Source: Chlorokybus atmophyticus (lineage: Eukaryota; Plantae; Mesostigma and Chlorokybus algae). Taken from it: a DNA stretch of 64,000 bases. The position numbers and the translations under genes were made by a program. The DNA is taken from positions 896,974 to 960,973 of the forward strand of contig RHPI01002368.1 in NCBI GenBank assembly GCA_009103225.1, written 5' to 3'. The notes under the pieces are model-generated. The model saw only the letters and a list, made by a program, of their open reading frames with translations. It did not search any database and was not told the DNA's origin. How positions within the stretch are numbered: position 1 is the first letter of the stretch; each line of letters opens with the position of its first letter. This document shows positions 24,761 through 37,869 of the stretch, piece by piece.

Positions 24761-27700
24761 ATGATGTCCGCCGCAGGCACGTCGGAGGCGCCGCCTGGAG
24801 CACTTGCCTCAGCCGACGGCACTGCACCCGCCTCTCCCTCAGCCCCCGCACCCGGCAAGACCTCAAAGAAACCCCGCTGTAAGGCTTCGACGCAAACGTG
24901 CACAAACACACACCCTCGCATTGAACATCTTTAATTATTGAATCACACACGCGCACCCTCTAACACTGTCACTTGAATGTGTGTCGTCCGCGTGCATAGT
25001 TGTCAAACACTCCTTGGCACAACAACAACAACATGCTCACACACAACTTCTCTGCCTACACACCTTTTTGCTCACGCTCTCACTCGCTCACATTGACACA
25101 CGCGCGCACACATACACACAACCTCACACAACCTTCTTCTTGGGGCAGATTCGAAGTTCACTCAGCAGGAGCTGCCTGCGTGCCGCCCCCTCCTGACTCC
25201 CAACTGGGTCATCTTCATCTTCTTCATCGTCGGCGTCATCTTCATTCCCATTGGAGCCGCTGCCCTGGCCGCCTCACGCAAGGTTGGCATTGCTGACGGT
25301 GTTGATGGAGATGTTGGTGTGCATAGCGAGAGTATGAGCAGCGATACAGTCGCACGCGCACGTGCGCGTGTGCCTCTGCGTGGATGTGCATGTGCACGTG
25401 TACCATACCCACATCCCCACACGCACATTTACCCACACATGAACATGAGAGATGACATGTGTACACTCACAGCTTTCACGCGTACACTGCAGTGCTCATA
25501 CCAATTGTCCAATTATTTTTTTTGTTATGCACATCATTGGCTTTCATCAGCAGACGTATGCTGCTTGAACCATCTAAAGTATGGTTTGGTCTCATGCTTT
25601 TGTGTGCGCCATGTCAGGTGGTTGAGACGTCCACCCGATATGACGACCGGCCAGAGTGCTTTGGCGGATCACAGCCGAGCGCAGAGGGATTCGACACTAT
25701 CCTCGAGGCAACAGGTGGCGAAGGCACGACGTGCAGCGTCACATTGACAGTAAGTGGTAGCACAATGTGTGTTCGGTTTGCTACCACAGGCACACACGCA
25801 CACGCGCACCAAGAGGCATGTGCGTGCACACACACACAAACACCTACAATCACACGGACCCACACCCATGCACATGCAAGCGCGCGCGCAAACACGCATG
25901 ATATGCTGTAAGGTTCATGGCTGGCTAGTGTGCTGATCATTTGGGGAACATGTGTGCAGGTACCAAAGGAGATGAAGCCCCCCATCTTCTTTTATTACCA
26001 GCTCGAAAACTTTTATCAGAACCATCGCCGGTACGCGGGGTGTATGCGCAACTTTGTGACGCTCACTGTTGGTTGGTTCATAAGGCCATAAAGAGCATGG
26101 GAGTTGATGTGCGCGTTTGTTTGGCAGCTATGTGAAGAGTCGCAACGACAAGCAGCTTAAGTCTGACAACCCCACAGGCGCCAGTGTCAGCGGCTGCGAG
26201 GTAACCTTTCGTCATTGTGTGTGCGTGCGAGCACGTCTGGTTTTTGTGTCCCTATGTTGAATGGAGGCAGATTTGTACAGATACGCACTTATCCACGCTG
26301 ACATGTTGGTGCCATTGTGTGAAGGCGTGTGTTGTTGTGCGATGCGGCAACATTGCATTTTTGCCTGTTCATATGCACTCGTGCATATGCTTGCGATTGG
26401 ACATACCCTGGCATTACTCCCATACCAATTTGCTGTCCTCTCGCAGCCCGAAGACTACGAGGAGAAGGTGATCAACGGCACGCTGCAGCGGGTGAAGATC
26501 TTCCCGTGCGGCCTGGTGGCCTGGTCCTACTTCAACGACACGTACGCGCTGTCCGCAGGCGGCGCAGCCCTGCCCGTCAGCGAGAAGGTGAGCTTGTTGT
26601 GCTTGTGTGTGCGCGCATGCGTGCACCCATCCACACGCGCGCGCATGTCTGTACGTGCGTGCATGTCTGTGCGTGCACACGTTTGTGCGTGTACATTGGC
26701 TCTGCGCTACACTGCACCAACGTCACAGTGATGATGAGTAGTAGGTCAGGCATCATGCTCTGTGTTACTTTCTATATTCAGGTTGGGTGCACCACAGCAT
26801 AAGCTTATGCACTATAAGAGTGCATGGATACACACCCAACATCCACACTGTTGTGGCTCATACGTCAAAGCAGCGCACGTAGTAATGCTCGCTTGCATTG
26901 TTTGCTGTGCAGGGCATTGCGTGGAGCAGCGACGTAAACGACAAGTTCAGCAGTGCGGACGCGTTCAACTTCAACGACATCCCCGCCGAGCGTGGCGGTG
27001 GCAACATCACCGGACCCATCAACCAGGTATGTGGGGTTATATTCTGTTTTTGCATGTGGATTTATGTTGGGTTCCTTGAACGCCACACGTATCAACCCCT
27101 TGTTGACAGGATGAGCATTTTATCGTGTGGATGCGCACTGCGGCCCTGCCGAAGTTCCGCAAATTGTGGGGCAGGATTGATAACGCCACACTTGCCGCTG
27201 GCCAGAATGTCACGGTGAGAGTGTGTGCAAGTGTTTGTATGTTCGCGGTTGTGTGCCCTGTTATCGCTCTGTTCTGCTTGTCTGTTGGAATTCGCGCCGT
27301 GTATTTGGTCTGTATGTTTGTCTGTTGTATTTGTTCAGTTGTGCACTTGTCTGTGTGTTAGTGTGTCCGCCCTCACAGGGAAGGGGGAGGCTGGTGCGTC
27401 GTGTCATGTCGTGTCGTGTCGTGTTGCGGGCCAACGCTCCACTTTGCACACTGTTTCCACAACAACATAACCCTGCCCACTCACACCCCTCCCCTGCACC
27501 AGGTCTTCATCAACAACCGCTACAATACCTACCGCTTCTCCGGCAAGAAGTCCGTCGTGTTAAGCACAACCTCCTGGATCGGCGGCAAGAACGACTTCCT
27601 CGGCATCGCGTACCTCACCGTCGGCAGCCTCTGCGCCGCGCTCGGACTCGCCTTCTTGTTGTTGCACCTCACGCACCCGCGCAAACTCGGGGACCTGAGC

Positions 27701-27790
27701 TATGTCAACTGGAACAAGGGGAAGAGTGGGGGTGGGGGTGGGGGTGCGGGGGCGAGTGCTAACGGTGGTGTGGCTAATAATGTCGGGTGA
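24761..27790 (+). CDS. ALIS: ALA-interacting subunit (LEM3/CDC50 family, P4-ATPase beta subunit), 9 exons
   Basis: FTQQELPACRPLLTPNWVIFIFFIVGVIFIPIG (TM1); FYYQLENFYQNHRRYVKSRNDKQL; IFPCGLVAWSYFNDTY; DEHFIVWMRTAALPKFRKLWG; KKSVVLSTTSWIGGKNDFLGIAYLTVG (TM2). Confidence 0.96.
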
Positions 27791-29269
27791 GAGAGAGAGA
27801 GAGATGAACAGGGGGGAGTGTATGGACACACACGCAAAGTATGCGCGGTGATACAATTAAGTTCGGGTTATAGTGGTTGGGTTTTTCTAGTAGTAGTTGC
27901 TTAGTAGTGGTTCGATTTGATGGTTCGCAAACTGGTATTGTGGTGTCAGAATGGTTCCTGTAACAAACATCAATTTAAGAAGAAGTTGTTGTTTGTATCC
28001 GTGGTGGCGGCGCCATCTTTTCTCGGATACTCAACTTGAGGTGACATCGTCTTGTTGGCATACTTATTGGCAATTCCTGCGAGGCATTGTGGAAGTTGTC
28101 AAGCAATGGCAAGTAAGCTTGTGCGCATGACGTATAGATAACTTCTTCCGCAGCCCACCACAATGCACAACACAGGTGCACCCATGTCAACAAGATGCTT
28201 GTTCCCACATTCGTACAGGTTGACCCTCTCGCACTTGTGTTTGCAGGCTCGGAGGCGTGCTTGTTAAGCTGATTTTATACTGTGCGCAGTACGAGATCAG
28301 CGTGTCCAGTGACGTGGCTGAGAGTATAATTCACTAATACCTAATGCACTGAGCTAGACAGTTCCGCCAGCGCGTGTCAGTTGCAGCATGTCACAATTGT
28401 AAGTTGCAGCATGTCACAATACATCAGCACTGACCGCACGCAGCATCTGCTGTTCCCTTGTTGTCATGTGGCATACAAGTCATGAATAGGTGTGCGATGT
28501 TGTTGCTGTACCATGGTAGTATGACATTGTGCTTATATGTTCATCCACGCACAGGTTAATGAGAGTGCTTCATAGTGTGGTGAGTAGACTGCTCATGCCC
28601 GTGTGTACAGGATATGCTGGCAGTAGTTGGAGACATGAATGACCTCACTCACAGCATGCCAAACAGCAACATGCAAGCACATTACAACACAACCACCGGG
28701 CTACACACACTGTTTGTTCCTCACTACACTACACTAGTCTAGACCTCCCCGTTAGACATGCATACATGTATTAGTAGCGTATTACCTGCCCACACGGGCT
28801 CTGTGTCACACTCTCATGCATGCCACAACCCTTGCATTCTATTTTTTATACACCCATGCACACCAACATTTGGGATGTGCAGATTGGTAGGTGAGCTCAC
28901 ATGCATTGGCAATATATACAATACCATATCAGTATCCCAAGAAGCGATGTAGCTGAACTGTGTACCTGGTCTGAACGTGTGCATGTGCACGCATTCCATG
29001 TGCACATGTTGAGTGTACATCACACAAATGTGTCCACCACACACATGCATCAACCATAACGCACTGTTAAGCTCAACTCGAACCCACCCAACCTACTGTT
29101 TTATTGATTTTCATTTGTGTTCAGGACCTGTTAAGACCAAGGAAAACAAGTCACGAACATCCCCTACAACTGGAAAAAGCCCCTGTCTGGTGATAAAGCT
29201 AGTCCCCCGCACTACCACTTCACACCTGGTTTTGAACATTTACAGTCTCGGTCCTTTTTCCAGCTTCTC

Positions 29270-29939
29270 TCACTTGTCAAACTCCAGTCCAATGGCAAAC
29301 TGTTTGCTCGCGGTAAAGAAGTGCAAAAAGTCATCGACGCTCGTGCCGAAAGCCGCGGCGAGGATGTCGGGCTTGAACACCGTCGGATACGCCGTGTACA
29401 CCTGTTTGAGTACAAGGTTGTAGGGTATGCATGTACACGATCACACATACGTGTGCATATGTGCACACAAATGCACACGCAGCCACGCGCGCGCGCGAGT
29501 GCGCAAATACACATACACACGCGCTTGCGTGCGCACACACACACACACACACACACACGTCTAAAAAAAAAAATCCCATAGACACGTACGCACGCATGCG
29601 CATAACCCCCACCCCACCCACCCCCTTGCGCACGCACGTTGTAACACAACAGCCCCACCCATCATCCCCACCTGCAGTTCCGACGTGAAGAATATGGTGG
29701 GCGTCTCCGGTATGTTGAAGAACGACAGCAGGTCCATCCCCGTCCCGTTGGTCGCGCGCGGCTGGTGGACGTAGGAGGGGGGGACCACCACGGCGTTGCC
29801 GGCGGGCTCCACGTCGAGACCGTTGAGAATGACCTGACGAGAGATGTGTGAGTATGTGTGTGTTGGTACAACGTGCGCACATACCCACCTGGAAATGCGT
29901 GCGTGTGTACGTGCGCATTAAGGTCAGCATGTGCCCACG

Positions 29940-30016
<77 letters not shown>

Positions 30017-31666
30017 CCACATCAACTCACATGGCCATCAGGTCCGGCGAGGAGTGTTGTGCCGGCCCCGCGCAGGATGTAGTTGACTTCCAACGCATCC
30101 GCATGGATGTGCAGCAAAACGCCCGCAGTCTGAGAATGCAAGCATTGTGTGTGATATACGTATCATTCTGACTTGAAGAGAGACAACTAACACACGCACG
30201 AGCGCGTGCGCACGTGCGCACGTACCGGCTTCAGCGTCGGGTACAGCACCGACACGCCGATGAGAGCGAGCTCAGGGAAGTTGTTCTCGCTCCCGTCCCG
30301 CGAGAAACCCGCACCCGGCACTTGAGCCAACGCAAGACTCCTGTGTGTATAATCACACATAACATGTCAACCAATGCTCAACAACCCTGTTTGACAACAG
30401 CAAGTCTCTAGGGAATCGTATCATTATTACTATATCCAGGTACTGGCTGTGACAATAGCCGGATAGCCGGATGTAGTGATATAGCCAGAAACTGGGATAC
30501 ACGGATGACACTAACACGTATATTGTTTGCATCAGAGCCACACCGTTATTGACGCGCAAGCAGATATGGAGTGTGACGACTGACACATACGACAAGCGTG
30601 CGTGCGTGTATCTGCGCATATGCGTATGACACGTACGCGTTCCCGAGGTAGAGTATGAAGTCCCCCTCCACCCCCCCGTCCTTTGCGCCCCCCAGCACCC
30701 GCGGCTTCGGGACGTTGGCGGCGCAGACGTCCTGGTCGATGAAGACGATGCCCTCGCCCTTGCGCTTGGAGAGGAACTCCTTGACCTGCGGGGGGGTGTG
30801 TGTGTGTGCGTGCGTGCGTGCGTAACAAATGTGTGCGTGTAATTGCGTGCTTATGTGACTGGTTGCGTGCATCCATGCGAGTGCACGTGTGCAAGGGTGC
30901 ATATGTGTATGGCTCTATGTGTGCGAGCACATGCCGATACGCACACATACACGTGCTTGCATGCGTGCATGTGCATGCAGTTGTGCAAGGGTGTGTGCAT
31001 GTGTGCGTGTCTGTGCGCGCATGCATATGTGTGCTCTCTGTGCGCGCACGCTCAGGTGCATGCCCACATATGTACACAACATGCACATGTCAACAAAAAC
31101 GGCTTTGTATGTGCCAGAGACTGACACTTTGTCGATTCGTGTATCTCACACACACCAACCTCTCTGCGGGTGACGTTGTACGTGTTGGCAACTTGTCTGG
31201 GAGGGAAGTAGTTGAGGAAGAACGAGCCGCCAAACAGATACGTAAACTCCAGCTTCTTGTCTTGACTGTTGACGGTAGAAAACTGTACACACATGCACAT
31301 ATCCACAGTGAGATACTGCACATGTACAGTGCGATGAGCACAAATGTCATGATGTTGGGTTGCATGACTCACTTTGTGGTAGCCAATGAGCGTTATGGGA
31401 TGGCTTGTTGGGTTCATGATGAAGAAAGGCCAGCCCGCGGGCACAGCCAACACCTGAAACACAACACACACAACTCAACATTCCACGCGCACGTATCATG
31501 TCTCAACACAACAACCAGAAGACACAAACGACATCAAACACACCTCCTCAGCGTGCAAAGCTGTGGTGTTTTCGAGCCTCGGTTGGAACGGCGACCGCCC
31601 ATCGATCAACCCGATTGTCGCCTCACCTAGTTACAACAAATCCCACATCAACACCACATCCAACAC

Positions 31667-31751
<85 letters not shown>

Positions 31752-31879
31752 NNNNNNNNNNNNNNNNNNNNNNNNNNNNNNNNNNNNNNNNNNNNNNNNN
31801 NNNNNNNNNNNNNNNNNNNNNNNNNNNNNNNNNNNNNNNNNNNNNNNNNNNNNNNNNNNNNNNNNNNNNNNNNNNNNNN

Positions 31880-31926
<47 letters not shown>

Positions 31927-32593
31927 CATCAATGTCCACACTGCTTGCCTGCTTCTAGGAAGAGGACCGAGCCCGCGTTGGGTATGTAGAGGGGTCCCCA
32001 GATGGCGCACGGGTAGATCTGCGTGGCGGTCATGGCCGTGCCGAACTCGGAGAGGTAGCCGTGGTCCTGGATATACAATAACAACATATGCCATGAGCAC
32101 GACAATGTAACCACGCGTGTGCTTGTGTGAGTGAGCGCGCATGCGAGCGCACGTGCGCATACATTGACGACATGCGAGAGCGTGTACGCATGTGGGTGTG
32201 CGCGCGCACACACACGAACACCCACCAAACAAAAACACTCTGCTCGTGTGTGCGTACGTTTGCCGAGCGCGAAAGCATGTGCACGGGTGCGCGCGAGTAT
32301 GCATGCACGCGCATGTGTGCTTGCGCATGTATGTCAGCGTGCCCACGCATACGCGCCCTCATACACTCGCTATATGAAACGGACAAGTGTTCACCACAAC
32401 CCCCCTCCCTCACCTGCACGTATATCCTCCCCGCGGGGTACAGGTTGGCGGGCGCCCTGAACAGGTCGAACGCCATGCTCTGCACGCCCGCAAGCTCGGC
32501 GCGCGTCATCGTCGCAGCGCAGGCGAGGAGGAGGAGGAGGAGGGCGAGGAGGGTGGGGATGTGGCGCGGGATGTGTTGGCGTGGGGAGGCCAT
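29270..32593 (-). CDS. Secreted bicupin (seed-storage globulin / oxalate-decarboxylase-like), 10 coding exons, ~400 aa
   Basis: Signal peptide (LLALLLLLLACAA). N-terminal cupin: IYPCAIWGPLYIPNAGSVLFLEAGEATIGLI and VLAVPAGWPFFIMN. C-terminal cupin: AGVLLHIHADALEVNYILRG and GNAVVVPPSYVHQPRATN, then PDILAAAFG. Intron 2 has a GC donor (31948); phases are consistent throughout. Confidence 0.85.
31752..31879. other. Assembly gap inside a (CA)n intronic microsatellite
   Basis: Run of N flanked by (CA)n. Confidence 1.
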
Positions 32594-35500
32594 GTTGGGG
32601 TGGAGTGTCGCTGTGGGCGTGTCTGCGCGTGCAGAAGGTATGGGGTGAGTGTGAGTGAGTGGGTGGATGGGTGGGTGGGAGGTGTGAGCAAGGATAGCTT
32701 TGCATGTGCGCGGACGAGGCATGTGTGTGCATGTGCGAGAGATGGTGGGGCAGGTGTGCACAAGCATGGCTTTGAAAGAGTGAGCGCGAGGTGCGCACGC
32801 GCGCATGCGTGCGCCTTGGTACGCACACGCATTACGTGAGCATGTCTGTGCGTGTGTCAGTGGTTGCACGTACGCACGCTCAGACATTTGCGTGCGAGCA
32901 TGCTTTTGCCCTGTGTTCTCGCACACGCGTGCACATGTGCGTGTACGTGTGCATGCGCGCCAATGTGCGTTGACATACTTGTGCGTGCGTGTATGTATGG
33001 AAGTGTGTACATGTATGTGTTTGTCAGCCTTACTACATAAATGAACAACACGTGTTGGCATCCATGTTGTTGGGTTGGCAACAGAACAACAACACGGGTG
33101 CCTGCAATGTAACCGACGTGCCAATGCAAATCATACTCCAAGTGGGTGTTGGAAAATGCTAATGCAACTGTGGTAGCCGATGCCGATTTTTTCGCTTTGA
33201 GCAGCTTGCATGCACGAGTGAGTGTTGAATGAGGTTGAGCTGCGTGAGCTTGCTCAGACCACTGCGGTAGCATGACATGCAACGCCGCTTGCAACAAGCA
33301 CCAGCACACCAGACATGAGAATCAACCTGAGCAGAACAGTCTGCACAACAGACCAGGCTAACACCCACGCCAGGCCAGGCCAGGCCAGGCCAGGCCAGGC
33401 CAGGTCAAGCTAGGCTATGCCAGACACCTGTTACAAAAACGAACACACAGCAAGCCAACAAGACGCATACCTTTCCAAACGACAGCACGCTATAGAAAGC
33501 AGCAGACCGATCAGGAGGAGGACGGAGCGGCCGCCACGCCTACCGCCAACGCCAACGCCGCTGCCAACGCCGCCGCCCGAGATACGCCGTCTATTGCAAC
33601 GCACGCAAGCAAGCTAGCGTATTCTGGGACAAACGTGGCCGCGTCAGCCGTACGTCAAGCCGTCACTGGGTTACGTGACGTCGACTTGGGACACACCTGT
33701 GTCGTGAATGCGGCGAAGTCGTTTTGCCGCCATCACCGTATGTCGCTACCGGTCTATGACAGAAGAAGACGCCTTTATGACCGGTGGGCTGTGCTAGTGC
33801 TGGACGTTCAGAGCACGGTGTGCCAACCGGTTGACTGCATGCGCCGACCGACGAGTCAGATAGTGAAGCTTCGCTGAATCAACGACGTGAAGTCGCAAAC
33901 ACCGACCGGCTTGTCGGATAGTTTCGGTAGTTACCGGCTTTGAGCGTGGCTAGGCAACCAAAATGTCGATTGAACGCGCTTTTGTGTCCGGAGGACACAC
34001 TTTCTTGATATGGTGGCGTCAGTGTGAGGTACAGTACGGATAAGGTATTCAAGCTGTACGGCGTGACGTATAAAAATTGCCGCGTGGCTTTGGCCAGCTA
34101 CGCAAGCGAGCACGCTGCTTGCGTCATGAACCTCATAATTCTAACATTGTACAGACAGTAGCACAAACTTACCATAAAACGGGTGCCCGGCAGATAGTCA
34201 TGATAATAGTGAATCATACTTGATCCGAGGCCTTTCTCAATGATGGGCACCTGACTGTCAGTGTACCATGTACTCATTACCATGTTCACTGCGTGACCGT
34301 GCTGCACTTATTCGTGCATCATCGGTCGCTCATCCACCCGTAGTTACTTTCAATTTTTATATTCAAGCTGTTGTATCATATTTGCTCGATCCATTGCTGA
34401 CACATGACACAACCGTTACGACTGATAGCACATGGTAAGCATAATGACTGTTGACTTTCATTGCAATTCCTTCATACTCACATCTTACATGCAGATGTGG
34501 TGCAATTGCAAACTTGCATGAGCTGCATTATGTATTGCAAAGTTGAAGTATGGGCGAAGTGGGGATAAATACATGTAGCAGCACGCAATGCGGTATATTG
34601 TTGTTGATCATGTTTGGTGTCAATGCAGCTGTTGGTGCTTGCGTTGATGCGTATCCTAATGGGTGTGCAAAGTAGTTTAAGATTTGTGCCAGCACTGCGT
34701 GCGGGAGTGAAATGTATGCTTGCATACACATTAGGCATGTGAGTGCTAATGCCATTGCTCTAATTGCACACGCTTATTGCATACTATCACATTTGTTGCA
34801 CGCCCATCAAGAGTGCACGTATATTTATTTACAACGTGAATAAATATACGTGTCTGTATTCAATTGATCTTTCTAATCGTATATAAAGTATTACAACATG
34901 CTGCACAGTAATGTTTGTATTATTTTCATGTGTGAATGGACTATCTCGGAATTTTATGATTGTATTGCCCGTGCAATGTGCTTAGTGCAAACATTGCTTG
35001 TGGACACCAACCCTTATGCTAAAACCTTAGCTTCTGTGAAGTCTTTGTTAAGACGTGGCCATAATTTTTTATTTAAAACATAGAAAATATGTAAAGTCAT
35101 TTGATCAGGGATGGTTGGCGGATTCAAAAATCTTATATATTATACTGTAAGGCGAGACATATATAATACGCCGTATCATAAAACGACACGGTGTTGTGTC
35201 AATAGTTATTACTAATATGATAATAATGGCATATGCATTGTTGTAGTTTGGATAATCATGTGGGTTATGATCATAATTTCCACTCACTAATTACATGTTT
35301 GCAAAATGAGCTCAGCTGTGAAAAATTAAATGCAACAAGCCCGCTGCGATGATGCCATGCAACATTAATGTCGCGGATCGCAGCCGCTGCAAATGGTTCA
35401 GCTTTAAAATTACTTGAGCTGTTTAAAGGAAGGCACACATTTTTAATTAAAGTTCACAAATCGGCAAAAGAAAGTTTTTTGCAAATTTGTGAATGCGCAT

Positions 35501-37002
35501 GTGGTTTGCAATTATGTATAATTGAGTTGAATAGCATGCACTTTTACCTAATAGGCAATGGCATATAAGCGCATGCGCAAAATCTTAAAGAGTGCATTGA
35601 TCAAGTGGAGGGTATAAAGGTGATAGCAATTGTCACCGTAACTGTGACAGCCGTTGCAGCCAACATGCATTGTGCACGCCAACCTCATAACGGCCTGCTT
35701 GACTACACACACATCATCAACATCATGATGAGGTAAGCGCATTGCATGAGCTGGGAGTTGTATGTTGCATTGTGATCTGCACTGATTGAGATGTGTTGTG
35801 CAAGTGCTACATGCATGGCTTCTTATTTATCAAGATTTCTTATATGGCATTCAATGCATTTTGCATGAGCAAATTGTCACCTATGCTCAACGCATCATCA
35901 TTATTGTTCGGCTTCTCACCGCCTACTTGAGCTGCTCCTCAACGGCCAAGTTCTTTAACATCATTACATACGCGTGCGCTTTTTCAACAAAACTTGCTTT
36001 TATTTCATGCATGCATTTTTGTTGTCAACAAGTATGGGTAAAAGAACCGTTGACTGCATTGTGCTAGTAGTATGCTTTGATAAGTCGAATTATGATCAAG
36101 CTTGTGCTGCACATAATTGCCAATGCTTTTTACACACTTTCACCAATTTTAGTCATTTGTTAGCAACGTTCACAAATGTTATATAAAGCTATATGCCAAT
36201 TGATCATCCCTCTGGCAAAAGCTTCACTGGCTGATGAGCTCTCTTTATCTTACATAACACAAGCGCAATGAACTCCATAGTCATGTTTCATCATTTGAGA
36301 TTGCGAAACGCTGAGAAAGTACTTGCATGCATGCATTATGTCGGAAACTCTCAGAATCATATCAATCATTATAATGATTGAAGGCTTTTACTTTACTTTG
36401 CAGGCCATCACGTAAAGCGAAGGCATTTCAACTCGGAGTGTGTAAGTTGTTGGGGCAAATGCTGGACTACAAGGTACGGATTTATATTATTAATCAATTA
36501 GCAAACATCATCATGACTTCAACCTAAAGGCTTAGTGGCTTGCACTGCTGCTTGCTACCTGGAGTAACAAGCCTCCCTGAGATGAGCTCTCCTTATTTAC
36601 AATAACAACAGCAGTGCTCATTGGCGTTATCTCGTGCATGCTGCAGCTTATGACGCACATTTTTTGGTGATAAGGCGCTTACATGATGGCTTTATAATGA
36701 CAAGAGAAAGCCGCCTCCATGCAAACCCTACATGCATGCTCACCATTAATAAAGCTTCGTGATTACAAAGTTTGTGCATAAATACAGCTCAACTAGTGAT
36801 GTGAGGGTTTGCTGCGGGTTAATTCTAATTATTTGGGACAACACGCAAGCGATATATTGTGCACATATGGCGGAGTGGTGAAGAGCGAAACTTTCGCATT
36901 GAGGCACAGCGTGATGGTGTCGTTACAATATGCACTTGACAATCGCTAAAAAAAACCCTTGAAAACATTGTGGCATTAAAGAATCTGAAAGCAATACAAT
37001 TG

Positions 37003-37256
37003 AAGATGTGACGTGCGATGTTTGATGCGAAGTAGTTGGAGTTCAATCACACTGAGGCTATTGACGAGTTGGACATTGTGTATTTCTTGCTTAAGTGATG
37101 CACCCATTAACGCCCATAGCAATACTCTGAAGACAGATGTGACGTGCGATGTTTGATGCGAAGTAGTGGGAGTTTAATCACATTGACAAGTTGGACATTG
37201 TGTATTTTTGATGCTTAAGTGATGCACCCATTAACGCCCATAACAATGCTCTCAAG
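37003..37256. repeat. Two-copy ~130-bp tandem duplication
   Basis: GATGTGACGTGCGATGTTTGATGCGAAGTAG..GCACCCATTAACGCCCATA repeated. Confidence 0.85.
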
Positions 37257-37869
37257 ATATCCTCCAGCATTGGAGATTGAGTTCAAAAAGAGTGCTTCAA
37301 GCTAAATTAAGCCAAAGCACATGCAACAGAGTCTGCCCCTTACTTGTAAGGTTATACTCCATGTGTGTATAGCCAAGATATACTCTGCGTCATGTGCCAC
37401 TGCGTGTGCAACATGTACCACATGGGCGCGTAATGCACACCGTGCATGTACCAAGGTCAAGGTCAGTCATGTGCCGCCATCATCGCTGATGCACTACTCT
37501 ATGGAATCTTGTACGGGGAACCACAAATGGATCAAATGCCATCTCATCTGCTCTCCATCCTCCGACCGCCACGTGGCAGCCTACCTGGCGCCGCAGCAAC
37601 CAACGGCGGCGGCGCCGCCGCCGCATGCGTGTGTATGCGTACATCTGTTTGAATGCGAATGTGCGGTGTTTGATGGAAAAGAAGGTGGTTGTTGATTAGT
37701 CAGCTTGGCTGTACAAGTTGAGTTGTGTGTTTGTGCGTACACGTGCTTGTGTGATTGTGCGTTTGTGTGAATCTGTCTAGTTGTGTGTGTTTGTGAGCTG
37801 GGGTTGGGGTCTTGTGGTTGATATTCGTGGTGAGGGAAGCAGCAGCGGTTTGTGTTGCTTGGTGTGAGA

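Noticed and set aside
28758-33124. Numerous His/Thr- or Cys/Val-rich ORFs on both strands, also at 38-40, 53-58 and 61-64 kb
   Set aside because: They are stop-poor (CA/GT/CG)n intronic sequence; the real exons splice out of them in frame.
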